64,000 bases of DNA, from the NCBI RefSeq assembly GCF_000143415.4, contig NW_003314303.1, positions 904,613-968,612 of the forward strand. The letters run 5' to 3'. Of this stretch, positions 50,920-62,322 are shown one piece after another (within the stretch, counting starts at the first letter, position 1; each line of letters starts with the position of its first letter). Below the pieces are notes generated by a model. The model worked only from the letters and a program-made list of their open reading frames with translations, did not search any database and was not told the origin of the DNA. The position numbers were made by a program, and so were the translations under genes. Source of the DNA: Selaginella moellendorffii (Eukaryota > Plantae > Lycopodiophyta).

Positions 50920-53370
50920 ATGCTCCACAGCGATGGCGTTTCGACCACCACCACCACCAGCAGGAGCTGGAAAGTGGCAAAGAAATCGACGAAGGGAATC
51001 GCCACACTCTTGGCGGCGCTCAAGGAGGCAAGCAAGGCCAGGGATGCCAAGAGGGGGCGGGAGCTCCACTCCGACGCCATAGCCAGTGGAGTGGCTGGCG
51101 ATCTCTTCGTGGGCAGCAGCCTGGTGGACATGTACTCCAACTGCGGCCTCATGGGCGAAGCGCGAGAGGTATTTGACGCCATGCCCAGCCATGACATTGT
51201 CTCGTGGAATGCGCTCATGCTCGGTTACGCAGAGAACGGCGATGGATTCGCGGCGCTCGCCCTCTTCTCGCCGATGCGCGACGAGGGCTGCGCTCCAAAC
51301 TCGAGAACTTTTGTCGCTGCGGCGAAGGCATGCTCTAGCATTGCCACGGCTGAGAAGGAAGAAGAAGTTCCAAGAGGTAGCGAAGTATGCTCGACTTCCA
51401 AGATGAGATCGCTGGAGATTGGAATGGCGATCCACTCGCAGGCGCTGGAGAGGAGGTGTGGATCCATTTTCGTGGAGAGCTGCCTCGTCGATATGTATGC
51501 CAAGTGTGGCAGCATGGACGACGCTCGGCGCGTTTTCGAAAGGATGGAGAGGAGGAATATGGTGGCCTGGACGTCGCTCATGCTGGGCTATGCCGAGAGT
51601 GGCGATGGCCAAGCTGCGCTCGAGCTCTTCCAGGTGATGGAACGCGAGAATTGCCCGCGGGACGCTCGGACTTTCGTTGCCGCGGTGAAGGCTTGCTCGA
51701 GCCTGGCTATGGCGTCGAAGGAAGGATCATCTAGCGCGAGAGCCTTGAGAGCTCTTGAGACCGGCATGGCTGTTCATCGCGAAGCTCGCAAGAGTGGATT
51801 CGAGTCGGATGCTTTCGTGGTTTGCGGGCTTGTGGATTTGTATGCAAAGTGTGGGAGCATGGAGGACGCGAGGAGGATCTTCGAGCGCTTCTCTAGCCAC
51901 GACGTTGTCTCGTGGACGGCTTTAATACTCGGCTATGGTGACAATGGCGAAAACGAGGTGGCGGTGAAGCTCTTCTTTCGCATGGTTCGCCAGGGATACC
52001 ATGCAAACGCTCGGACTTTCGTGGCAGTGATCAAGGCTTGCAGCAGCCTTGCCGAGGAGGAGCAAGGCGGGAATGCGATAAAGTTTCGCGCTCTTGCCAC
52101 TGGAATGGCGATCCATCGCCTCGCAGCTGCGAACGGTGGCTGCGATTCCAGGGACGTTTTCGTGGGGAACACTTTGATCGACATGTATGCGAAGTGTGGA
52201 ACTATGGTGGATTCCCGGCGAGTTTTCGATGCGATGCTTACACGGGACGTGGTCTCGTACAACGCGATCATGCTGGGCTATGCCGAGAATGATGGCGAGG
52301 CTATGGCGCTCGAGCTACTCGCGGCCATGCACAGGGAAGAACCGGGCGTTGTGGCGAATAGCTTGAGCTACCTTGCTGCTGTGAAGGCTTGCAATCACTT
52401 GGCATCCCGAGAAGAAGCCAGGGACTTCGATGGAAGAGCTGTGAAGATCGAGAGCCTGGAGAAAGGCATGGCTGTTCATGCTCGAGCTACGGAAGCCGGG
52501 TGTGATCGAGATCTTTTAGTGGCGAGCAGCCTGATCGATATGTACTCGCGAGCTGGAAGCATGGAGGATTCGCACAGGGCCTTCGATCAAATGGAGAGCC
52601 ACGATGTAGTGTCATGGACGGGGCTCGTCTCCGGCTATGCCGAGAATGGCGATGGCGAGAGCTCCCTGGCGGTGTTCTTCGCGATGGTCGACGAGGGAGT
52701 GGAGCCCGACTCGTGGACGCTCGCGGCGGCGCTCAAGGCGTGCGGATCCATCGCCTCGAGCAAAGCTGGGCGACGTCTCCATGGCGAGATTTGCCGGCAT
52801 GGACTGGAGGGCGATACCATCGTGGTCACCGGTTTGATCGACTTCTATGGGAAGTGTGCTACCATGGCCGACGCTCAGCGTGTCTTTGATGGTTCCGTGG
52901 TTGCCGCACGGGACGTGGTTGCATGGACGGCTCTAGTGTCCGGCTATGGCCGCCAAGGTGACGTGAAGTTCGTGTTTGTGACGTTCCAGGCGATGGTGGA
53001 CTCTGGCGTGAGGCCGGGAGGTGTGACCCTGCTGTGTGTGCTAGCCGCATGTAGCCATGCCGGGCTTGTGGAGCGAGGGAAACGATTGTTTGGATCGATG
53101 AGAGAGAAGTATGGAATTGATCCTGGGCGAGAGCACTATCACTGCGTGATTGATATGCTGGGGCGAGCAAACCATCTGGAGGAGGCGCTGGAGATTGTGA
53201 GATCGATGCCCTTCCATGCGGGTGTCGTGACCTGGATGACGATCTTGAGCGCTTGTAGGAAGTGGAAGAACACGAGAGTTGGAAGTGAAGCATTTGATGC
53301 GTTGGTTGGAATGGATGTGAGGGTGAAATCGTCAGCGTACTTGTTGATGGCTCATGTTTATGAGAGCTAA
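50920..53370 (+). CDS. PPR-A copy 3, PLS-class PPR protein with E domain and no DYW, 816 aa (probable organellar RNA-editing factor)
   Basis: Repeated LVDMYAKCG / DVVSWTALI motifs; HYHCVIDMLGRA...MPF...TWMTILSAC...SAYLLMAHVY; uninterrupted ORF. Confidence 0.92.
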   Translation: MLHSDGVSTTTTTSRSWKVAKKSTKGIATLLAALKEASKARDAKRGRELHSDAIASGVAGDLFVGSSLVDMYSNCGLMGEAREVFDAMPSHDIVSWNALMLGYAENGDGFAALALFSPMRDEGCAPNSRTFVAAAKACSSIATAEKEEEVPRGSEVCSTSKMRSLEIGMAIHSQALERRCGSIFVESCLVDMYAKCGSMDDARRVFERMERRNMVAWTSLMLGYAESGDGQAALELFQVMERENCPRDARTFVAAVKACSSLAMASKEGSSSARALRALETGMAVHREARKSGFESDAFVVCGLVDLYAKCGSMEDARRIFERFSSHDVVSWTALILGYGDNGENEVAVKLFFRMVRQGYHANARTFVAVIKACSSLAEEEQGGNAIKFRALATGMAIHRLAAANGGCDSRDVFVGNTLIDMYAKCGTMVDSRRVFDAMLTRDVVSYNAIMLGYAENDGEAMALELLAAMHREEPGVVANSLSYLAAVKACNHLASREEARDFDGRAVKIESLEKGMAVHARATEAGCDRDLLVASSLIDMYSRAGSMEDSHRAFDQMESHDVVSWTGLVSGYAENGDGESSLAVFFAMVDEGVEPDSWTLAAALKACGSIASSKAGRRLHGEICRHGLEGDTIVVTGLIDFYGKCATMADAQRVFDGSVVAARDVVAWTALVSGYGRQGDVKFVFVTFQAMVDSGVRPGGVTLLCVLAACSHAGLVERGKRLFGSMREKYGIDPGREHYHCVIDMLGRANHLEEALEIVRSMPFHAGVVTWMTILSACRKWKNTRVGSEAFDALVGMDVRVKSSAYLLMAHVYES

Positions 53371-55566
53371 GATCTTATCGGAGCTCTTTGAATTTATGCC
53401 GTTGGATTTAGGGTTCTTGCTAGATCTTTTGCAATGCTGATATTCTCTCCAACTCTATCTATGCTCCATCGTTTAAGATCTCCTCTTGACTTGATAGGTC
53501 TCCTAGTCGGATTCAAGGAAATGTGTAGACTGAAGACTGGAAACGATACACGAACCTTAAGATCGGTCTCTGGAAAGAAGCCTGGTATTGTTTAGATTAT
53601 TCTTCCTAGGATGTCATGTTACAGATGCTGTTTTCTTAAAGGAAAACCCAGACCTCGAAGCCTACACAGTCTAGCCCGAGCTATAGAACTTCCAAAAATC
53701 TTGGAAGTAAAGATGCTCGATCGAGAGAGATCTTTGCCGGAGTGTTTGCAGACTCCACTTTCTAAAGGTATTATGTACTTTTTTCTCGTCTTGTCACTAC
53801 TCACTTTCTTGCGCAGGCTTTCTGCCAAATACAAAAGAGTCCCTTTTGCCACCGCTCCGAGTCATGAGAATTTCCCCACGCTATGCTTTAAGTTCATATT
53901 GCATTAGTTTAGGCCTTGGATGTTCTGGATCGCGTGTGCTTCGTGCCACTTGCAGCCGAACTCTTGCAGCCGATTGTTGATTTCCAAAGTCCAATCCAGA
54001 TCTTGTGCTCGTTGTTTATTAACCAGGGCTTTTTATTTACCAGCAAAAAACCAAAAAACTGGGCATAGTTTCATTGAGCACGAAAAAAAGTTTCTTGTGT
54101 CCTTGGTGTGAACTGCTTCTTAAGACTTAAGCCGCGTTTACATTTCTGACCATGGAAGGCATGCATACTTCTATATGTCAGGAAAAGCGATAAAAGGATG
54201 CTCAAGCATTTGCAGGTATTTTGTGATTAATGTCTGTTTACATCTCCTAGTTTCACCCTTCCACAGTTGCCAATGTGGAGTGAGTTCGAACAGCAAAAAG
54301 CTTCCAAGCAGACACAAAACGATTTGCTGCATTGACTGATCACCTTTCTTCCTGAGGAACAATGACACTTGAAACAGAAAAACTCATTCTCGAGCAGAAA
54401 TAATCAGTGATGTGAATAGTAGTTCATCCTGGACTGTTGGTAACATCTCTGAGAAAATTTTGTGGCAATCTAGCAGTTCTCCAAGAGAAGGTTTAAGGCC
54501 AAGCTTCCCCGCATTGTAGCTGAGTCTCAGCCTAGATCTTGGCAGGAGGGCCGCCATGTTTTCCCACACGGTTTTCGAACGAATTTCATGTGACAGTTAT
54601 TGTCACATGACAATAACTGTGAACTAAGAACAGAAACAGAGTAAAAGGTGAGAGAACCAAGGTGTGTAGAAACCGGGTGAGGTCACAGTGTCATCGACTA
54701 GAATCTTCTAACATGAGACCAAGGAATTGGAGTTTGCTGCAATGTCCCTTCTCTCACTCCTTTCCCTTTCTCTCTGCTCGTCCTTTCCCTTTCTCTTTGC
54801 TGAAACACCAACAAATAAAGGTCTGTTTTTACACCCGGTCGCTACTGTGATCGGCAGGCTTCGTGAAAATTCTGATGGTGGATGGTGGCTGTTTCTAATT
54901 ATTAAACAGTGTTTCTTACATAAATGACATTCTTTTTCATTCTCCCATGGCTTAAGCTGATGATCCTTCGGTGATCATTCTGATTGTGATGGAACTACTG
55001 ATTAATTAGGTTTATATTGTGAGGGGAATGCCAGAAGTCGAGCTCGATATCTCCTAGATTTCGACCTTGTTGGCTACATCACCCCATATATACTTTTTAT
55101 ATATGGTTTTGGGATCAGTATCATAAACTATATTACAATTTTTATAAGAGCATCTGGCAACGATATCAATCGAGGCGATCTTCTTCCTCTCCTTGGAACG
55201 GACGAGAAACGCGACGCACGGAACTGCAGTTGCGATCCGGAGCAGCAAGCTGGTGGTGCTCCAAAATCCTCGCAGACTTTGCTGGATCGAAGCGTCTGGA
55301 GCAGCCCCTGCTTCATCTGCGACACTGCTCTGGGCTTACAACACCTATTGCCAAGATGAAACAAGAAGAAATAAAGAGCTCTCTCCTTTTCAATGGAAGT
55401 GGGCCGGCACGATGCCACAGAGCAGTTGTCAACGGTGGACCATCATCTATGCCAGAAAAAAGAATCTGTAGAATCGACAGAGCAATCTTTTTGATTTTTT
55501 CAAATTCAAACTTTAGCTTGCATTATATAAGATTTACATGGTCCTTATATAAGAGCAACATTATTT

Positions 55567-56511
55567 TTATAAATATTTCTTTATCCACTCATGTTCGAGG
55601 ACCTTTTCCAAAGTAAGCCTCCTTCCGGGATCCAATTCCGTCATGCCTTGGATAAGCTGCCTTGCAGAAAGGGATGGAATGCTATCCCAATCCATAGAAT
55701 TGTGATGGAGATTCCTTAAACTTCGATCTCTCTTGCGTGCATTCTTAAATACCACCTCCACATCCATATTTGGGAACGGACAAGCTGCCGTGAGGCAAGT
55801 GTAAAGCAGCATCCCTAAGCCCCACACATCGCTGGCTGTGATATAGCGCCCATCGAGCATCGCTTCGGGGGACATATAATCCCACGTCCCAGCCCCACGC
55901 TCGTTCCACGGATCATCCATCCAGCAAGCCATCCCAAAGTCGGACACCTTTGGGACATAGAACTTCCCAGGCCGCGGGTACTTCAGCAAAACATTCGCGG
56001 GCTTCAGGTCGCAGTGGATGATCTCGTTGTCATGAACCCTCTTTAGCGTCTTGGCGAGAGCTATGACGATCTTTGCAGATTCTTCCTCATCAAGCTGCCC
56101 CTTGTACTTGATCCGGTCCTGAAGGCTGCAATTGCACAGCTCAAGAACAAGGTGGTACACCTCCCCGTACTGATTGGGCTCTTCTCGTATGATGTGCTCG
56201 AAGTGGACGAGCCCCTGTTCACCCAAACCCTTGAGTGACACCTCTAGCATAGCCATCACTCGAGCTTCAAACAGCCCATCGGGCCCATGAACTGTCTTGA
56301 TCGCAAAAACCTTTCCATCACTCCTTCGGAATGCCTTGTACACCGTTGCTTGCCCTCCACCCCCAATCGACTTCTCTAGTCTATATTTCTCTACCAGCGC
56401 TGGGTATTCGTCACAGAGATTTTCATCCAGGACCGTGTGGTACTCCATCCCTTGCCTAGGTTTCTTGGGCACATAGTTCTCCAAGCTGTGCTCGCGCTCG
56501 CGCTTAACCAT
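55567..56511 (-). CDS. Ser/Thr protein kinase (non-RD), copy 3, 314 aa
   Basis: All catalytic motifs present in an intact ORF. Confidence 0.9.
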   Translation of the reverse strand: MVKREREHSLENYVPKKPRQGMEYHTVLDENLCDEYPALVEKYRLEKSIGGGGQATVYKAFRRSDGKVFAIKTVHGPDGLFEARVMAMLEVSLKGLGEQGLVHFEHIIREEPNQYGEVYHLVLELCNCSLQDRIKYKGQLDEEESAKIVIALAKTLKRVHDNEIIHCDLKPANVLLKYPRPGKFYVPKVSDFGMACWMDDPWNERGAGTWDYMSPEAMLDGRYITASDVWGLGMLLYTCLTAACPFPNMDVEVVFKNARKRDRSLRNLHHNSMDWDSIPSLSARQLIQGMTELDPGRRLTLEKVLEHEWIKKYL

Positions 56512-56639
56512 CTCGAAAGAGCTCTAGGGCTTGTTTGTAAAGGCAGAATTTTAGTTTATGCATCTTTTATTTTAAAGGTATCATGTTCAAGTGAACATTT
56601 CCTGGAATGCCAAGTGTGGAAGCATGAGAGACTCTCGGC

Positions 56640-57595
56640 GACGGGATTGAGAACCACGACGTTGTCTCCTGGACGGTATTGGTTCTGGGATACGCTCAAA
56701 ACCGGCAGGAAGATTTGGCTCTGGAGCTCTTCTCGCAGATGGAAGCTGCTATGATCAATCCAGATTGCTCGAGTTTTCTCGCGGCTATCAAAACTTGCTC
56801 TAGTCTGGCTGCGCGAGAGGAGATTGATGCGTCGTTGGCTGTGAAGAGCAAGAGCTTGGAACGAGGTTTGGCGATTCACTCTCACGCATCAAACTCTTGC
56901 GGCTTCAAGTTGGAGGCGAGGAGACATCCACTTGGCAAACACGATGGTGGACTTGTATGGCAAGTGTGAAAGTCTAGAAGATGCTCGCAGGGTGTTTGAT
57001 TCGATGGAGCAGCACGACATCGTTTCCTGGACATCGATCATCACAGGCTATGCTCACGAGAGCCAAGATGGAGACGAAGCTTTCCTTCTCTTCTCTTCCA
57101 TGCAAGAACAAGGATTTAAACCCGATCGTTTAGCTTGTCTCGCCGCTATCAAGGCTTGTAGCGTAATCACCGAGAAGAAAATGGGATTTAGACGTAGAAT
57201 CTCTCGAGAAAGCAATGAAAATCCACTCGTGGATCTCGCAGCTTGGCCTGGAGAGAGATCCAGCAGTCTGGTTGATATGTATGCCAAGTGTGGAAGCTTG
57301 ATCATGGACGCTCGCAGGGTATTTGATAAAATCTTAGATCGCGACATAGTCTCGTGGACGTGGAACTCTTTCCTGTTTGGATGTGTTTGTTTACATTGGC
57401 GAAGACGAGCTTGCGTTGGAATGCTATGCAGCCCTGGAAGTTGCTCCAAACTCTCAAACCTTTCTTGCGTTGTCGCAAGTTTGCAGGAACCTGGGAGATT
57501 TGAAGCTCGGGAAGCTCTTCCACGGACAGATTCTCCGGCAGGGACTGGAAGGGAGTTCTGTGGGGATTTCCCTGCTTGTGTTGCGGACCACATAG
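56640..57595 (+). pseudogene. PPR-B copy 3
   Basis: Frameshifted PPR motifs as in copies 1 and 2. Confidence 0.8.
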
Positions 57596-58561
57596 AAATC
57601 GCTTCAAAGGTCCTGCTTCCTGATGTCAATCTTTCCATCACTTTCTTTTCTCCAGGTCCGAATCACAGCGAAAAGTGGAGCTACCTGTGATACAATGGCA
57701 GCAATCGATGGTGGCTTTGCGAAACCTTTGTGTGAGAGCTTGGCGAGAGCTTGTTGACAACACCAAGCTTGCTCTCGAGCTCGGTAACTGTGTAAACTCG
57801 CTGGTAGCCGCAAAACCAAGGCTCTCAAGACTCCAACAGGGATCACCCCTTCAAAGATTGTTTGGCGCGACTCCTCAAATATACATCAAAGGTTTTTCTC
57901 AAGTGCATCTTTTCCTACTCGCATGCTCCGAAATGCTTGGAACGCAGCGATGGCATCTCCTCGAGCGCCATGTCCTGCAATCAAAGTATTCCATGCCACA
58001 GTGTTGGGAGACGCAATGGAGCTCTCAAACACAAGCTCGGCGACCTCGACGCTCCCGCATTTACAGTAGAAGTCTTCACCTAGTCTGCAGTGAAGGAAAA
58101 AGAGAAAGATCTCATACTTATGTGCAAGATCCAGCAATTCCAACTTGTCCACAAATCATACAGTTGCATCCTATCACAACATTATGTCCAATCTACATGC
58201 AAAGAAGCCAAGAGTAAGTAGTGCTTAATAAAAGAAAAAATTTCTCAAACGTGAACCAAGTCGTCAAGCTTCACCTTATCCCAGATGACTGTATTACACC
58301 AGCTGATAATTAGTCCAGGGCAAATGAGACTTCAGAAGAAGAACGAGCCACTTTTGTTACCTCTTAGGGTTGAGGATGAATTGGAATGTTTATCAGCAAT
58401 TCCTAAGAAAAAAAACATTGTTTGTCGTTGCATTGCTTTTATTATTTATAATAAATCAGTGCTCCAAAAATTTGGTATTTTAACCCCACATTTTTATTTT
58501 CCCCACTTTTCCTAAACAATATATTGTTTCAGAATGTTTATAAATTCTAAATATGTTATAG

Positions 58562-58909
58562 TTTTTGGTTTGCTTAAGCAAACATATAGATGGTAGTGAA
58601 TATACCTAGAATATGCTTGGATATTCTAGGATATTCTACCATCTAACGGTTGGTATTCATTTAGATTAATTTGGTATTTATAATTTATAAACATGTTTAT
58701 AATTTATAAACTTTCCAAAACCCTTCCTAGTATATTCTTTTTTATTCTATCATCTAATGATTGATATGCAATAAGATTAATCTTGTGCTTATAAATTACA
58801 AACATGTTTATAATTATAAACTTTATTTGATCAATTAGATTAATAAGTAATAATAAAACTACCATTAAGCAAACCAAGCGTTGCTACATGCAATGCGTAG
58901 CAATTTATT
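58562..58909 (+). mobile_element. Most complete Helentron/HINE-like element, copy E
   Basis: 5' T-run, subTIR TTGGTTTGCTTAA overlapping palindrome GTTTGCTTAAGCAAAC, 3' subTIR TTAAGCAAACCAA, stem-loop TTGCTAC/GTAGCAA, then TTT. Empty sites at ~24840 and ~43778; no TSD. Confidence 0.7.
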
Positions 58910-59464
58910 AGATTGACTGTTTGCTCAAAAGTAATTTAACATTCTTTCTATTTTTAATTTTATCCTTACTCTCCTGTTCTTTCCATTCATTGTTACGATC
59001 AAAACTCTTGATCATAGTTTCACATCTACGTGTACAAAAAAAGCTGGACACTAGTTATGCTAGTTGCGATCAAATGCTTGGTCGTCGACTTAAGGCAGGA
59101 GACCAAGCAGCTCAAGGCACAGTTGAGTTAGTTCCTTTCATTTCTTTAGATGTACAGTATTTCTAGAGGATGCTTGGAGCATCTTCATGGAGATAGAGCA
59201 GCTGAACAAAGTTGCATCATATCTAGAGTTGCAGGTAACTTTCAACTAATGCTCTGGTTAAATGCTATTCTAGGACGAGCTATATGGAAATGGCCTTAAT
59301 TCCGGTTGCGTTGGACCGTTTGCCTTGAGGACCTCATTTCAGCTGAATTCGTTAGGGTTTGGTTGCGGGTTTATCATTTGGGAATGGCGGGATCATGAAT
59401 GTGCTGAGGTAAAAGTAGATTTGGAAGCGTGAGATTTCTCTCTGGATCCAGGAATTTTGAGAGT

Positions 59465-60150
59465 CAGGCCAAAATGGAGAAGATTTGGTGTCTCGGCTGC
59501 ATTTTCTTGTGCCGGCATCTCATTCCACGCGATGTTGCATCACAGCGATGTGCTATTGACGACTGATGTGCATTGGTACACACAGACTCTGGATCACTAT
59601 GCGACTCAAGTGAGAAGTTTTCTTTCTTTTTCCTTCAAGAGATTGGATTTTTACGTGCTCGATCTTTGCAGGACGATGGAACTTTTGCTCACCGTTACTA
59701 TGAGTTTACTGACTACTTCGATGCTCAAGATGTGTGGTGAGGGACCGTGTGTAGGGATCCAAAACGATTATAGCGGTAAGAAAAGCATTTTTCTCGACTG
59801 AATTGGATCACTTTTCTTACCTGCGGTGTCAAGGTGCTAGCAAAAAGATTAGGAGCTGCAATTGTTTCTCTGGAACACCAATACTATGGACAAAGCTCAC
59901 CATTCAAATCTCATGCGACAGAGAACTTGATTTTCCAAGTAGGCTCTTTTCGATCTTGCAGCGTTTTGTGAATATTACCAGGTGAGCAACTATTTTATAG
60001 TTTCATGGCTTGAATAGATTTGGAGGAAATCAATAAAAGAGTTGGCTATAAAAAGGAGGGACATAAATGCGAGCACCAATACTTATGATCAAAAGGACTT
60101 GAAAGAAAACTTGGCTGCAGGAAATCTTTCGAGTAAGTCTACTGTTGAGA
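59465..60150 (+). pseudogene. S28 peptidase pseudogene, copy 3 (5' exons)
   Basis: WYTQTLDHY, CGEGPC, SLEHQYYGQSSPF. Confidence 0.75.
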
Positions 60151-62322
60151 TTGCTTTCTAACGATTGTATCATTTTCGTCAAGAAGCATTTAAGTTAGTG
60201 ATGCAATTTAACGTTTGTTTTTTACTTCATGCTGAGCTAAATATGTCAAAGAGGATCAAGTTGGGAATGTTATGGCTAGCACTTCATGAAAATCTTGTAA
60301 AACTTGTGTATACACTTGCTTTAGCCACCTTTGATAATATTTTTCATTTGGTACAATGTTATGAAACATTGCCTTTTTTATTTTTCGTTACACGTCTTTT
60401 AGCTCCACTTCCTATTAGAGATGATTATGTTCCAATGGAGGTGGATGTTGTTGCTGTCGAAATTCAATGACAAAGACGAGGATGTAGTTATAGCTGTGAT
60501 GTTTATTGTTGGGCATATGATGAAATTAATTACACTTATCAATGTTGTCAACATTTTCCAAATTGATGACCTCTATTTTTTGGGTGGAGATCTTGGTATC
60601 AACAATATCTTATTAGTGTTGTTGTAATAGAAGATTTAGACACTAAGATGCTTCTGGGAAATGAGGAGTCACACAAATAGTGAAGGATCTTTGCATGAAT
60701 AAATTAGTGACCTTTCCATCATTTTTTTAGGAGGGCACAAGTTTATTTAATGCTTATTTTCTAAATTTGTTTTTATAAAAAGAAATATTTTATTATTCTC
60801 TTTGTGTTGGTTAATATATGCTTGAGTTTATCCTCTATTGCTTAGTTTATTGCCACACATTGCCATCTATATTTGCGTCATGTGGCAAAACTAATTTTCA
60901 TTTTTTATGGCAATGGATATACATATGCATATGTATGGGATTAGGTGGATCTAATTGTACATATGAGTGATTTAAACCTTAAGTTATAGTTGTTGCAAGT
61001 GGTGCCAAGTCAAATTTTTGACTTCATCCTTGGTATGGATTGGTTATGATGCAATTATGCCAAATGTGACTTTAAAACTTTTCCCCCTTATCTTATATTT
61101 TTTTATATGTTTTTTAGTCCTTTTACTTATGTTATTTTTCATTTCTCTACTTCTATCTTTACTTCCATCACTTTTGTCTCTTTATTACTTTCTCCTATCT
61201 TTTTGTTTTGTTCATTTATTCCCTTTTTTGATCCTTTTGACGATCTTTGTGTTGCAATGATTGACTTATGAAAGAGTTGTGAGACACAAATCCCTAAGCC
61301 CCAAAGTGGAGCCAAAAGGGTGCCACGTGGTAGTGGCCGAAGCGGAAGCCAAACGAGCATAACATGTTTGGATTAAAAGTTCCAACTTGAGGAGTCCGAG
61401 ATGGACCTGAGACGGAGTCTGAGATGGATCCGAGATGGAGTCCGAGATGGACCCGAGATGGAGTCTAAGATGGACTTGAGATGGAGTCCAAGATGGACCT
61501 GAGATGGAGTCTGAGATGGACCTGAGATGGAGTCTGAGATGGAGTCTAAGATGGAGTCCGAGATGGACCCAAGATGGAGTTCGAGATGGACCCGAAATGG
61601 AGTCCGAGATGGACCGAGATGGAGTCCGAGATGGAGTCCAAGATGGACCCGAGATAAAGTTTGAGATGGACCCGAGATGGAGTCTGAGATGGAGTTTGAG
61701 ATGGAGTTCGAGATGGACCCGAAATGGAGTCCGAAATGGAGTCCGAGATGGAGTCCAAGATGGACCTGAGATGGAATCTGAGATGGAGTCTGAGAAGGAC
61801 CAGAGATGGAGTCCGAAGTCGAGACCGAGACCGAGACCGGGACCGAGAGTGAGACCGAGGCTGAGGCCGAGACCGAGCCCAAGCCCAAGTCTGAGTCCAA
61901 GTTTGAGTCCAAGTCCGAGTCTAAGTTCAAGTCTGAGAGGGTGAAAGCTCAAAGTGTTCGTCTCCCAGACCCTGGGGGGTTTGGTGAGCTCCAAAAGTAT
62001 AGTAGGGGGAGGACTCTAGTTGAGTCAGTTTGGCTAGGAAAGGCCAGTTTGGCCCAGGAAAGCTGTATCCAGGTGTTGGGTGATGGGATAACCACTGGGA
62101 GGTCTAAGGCCAGAGTGAATATGAACTGTCAACCAGGGTAGCTTGGTGAAGTGTTCAAGAGCTGGCTTTAGTTCCCTCGGGAGATCGAATGGTTGATGCT
62201 CCTAGTCCAAGTGTGGGTGGCACTACCTACTTGGATACCTGGCATGGCTTAATGAAACTTCACTTTAAGCCCATGGCTAGAGCACCCAAAGGCAAAAAGC
62301 AGGGAGAGTACCCACAAGGCTT

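Larger units (their letters stand above)
17697..60700 (+). repeat. Tandem segmental triplication (units ~17697-31940, 31941-50854, 50855-~60700; third unit incomplete)
   Basis: Same gene order repeated; anchor ATATGTATGCCAAG at 17697, 32557, 51491 (periods 14860 and 18934 bp). Confidence 0.95.

Noticed and set aside
50101-53293. Many antisense and alternate-frame ORFs over PPR, kinase and oxidoreductase genes
   Set aside because: Shadow ORFs of GC-rich coding sequence with no motifs
53370-53900. DYW deaminase domain for PPR-A
   Set aside because: The ORF stops after the E domain and no HSE/CxxC/DYW motif is visible downstream
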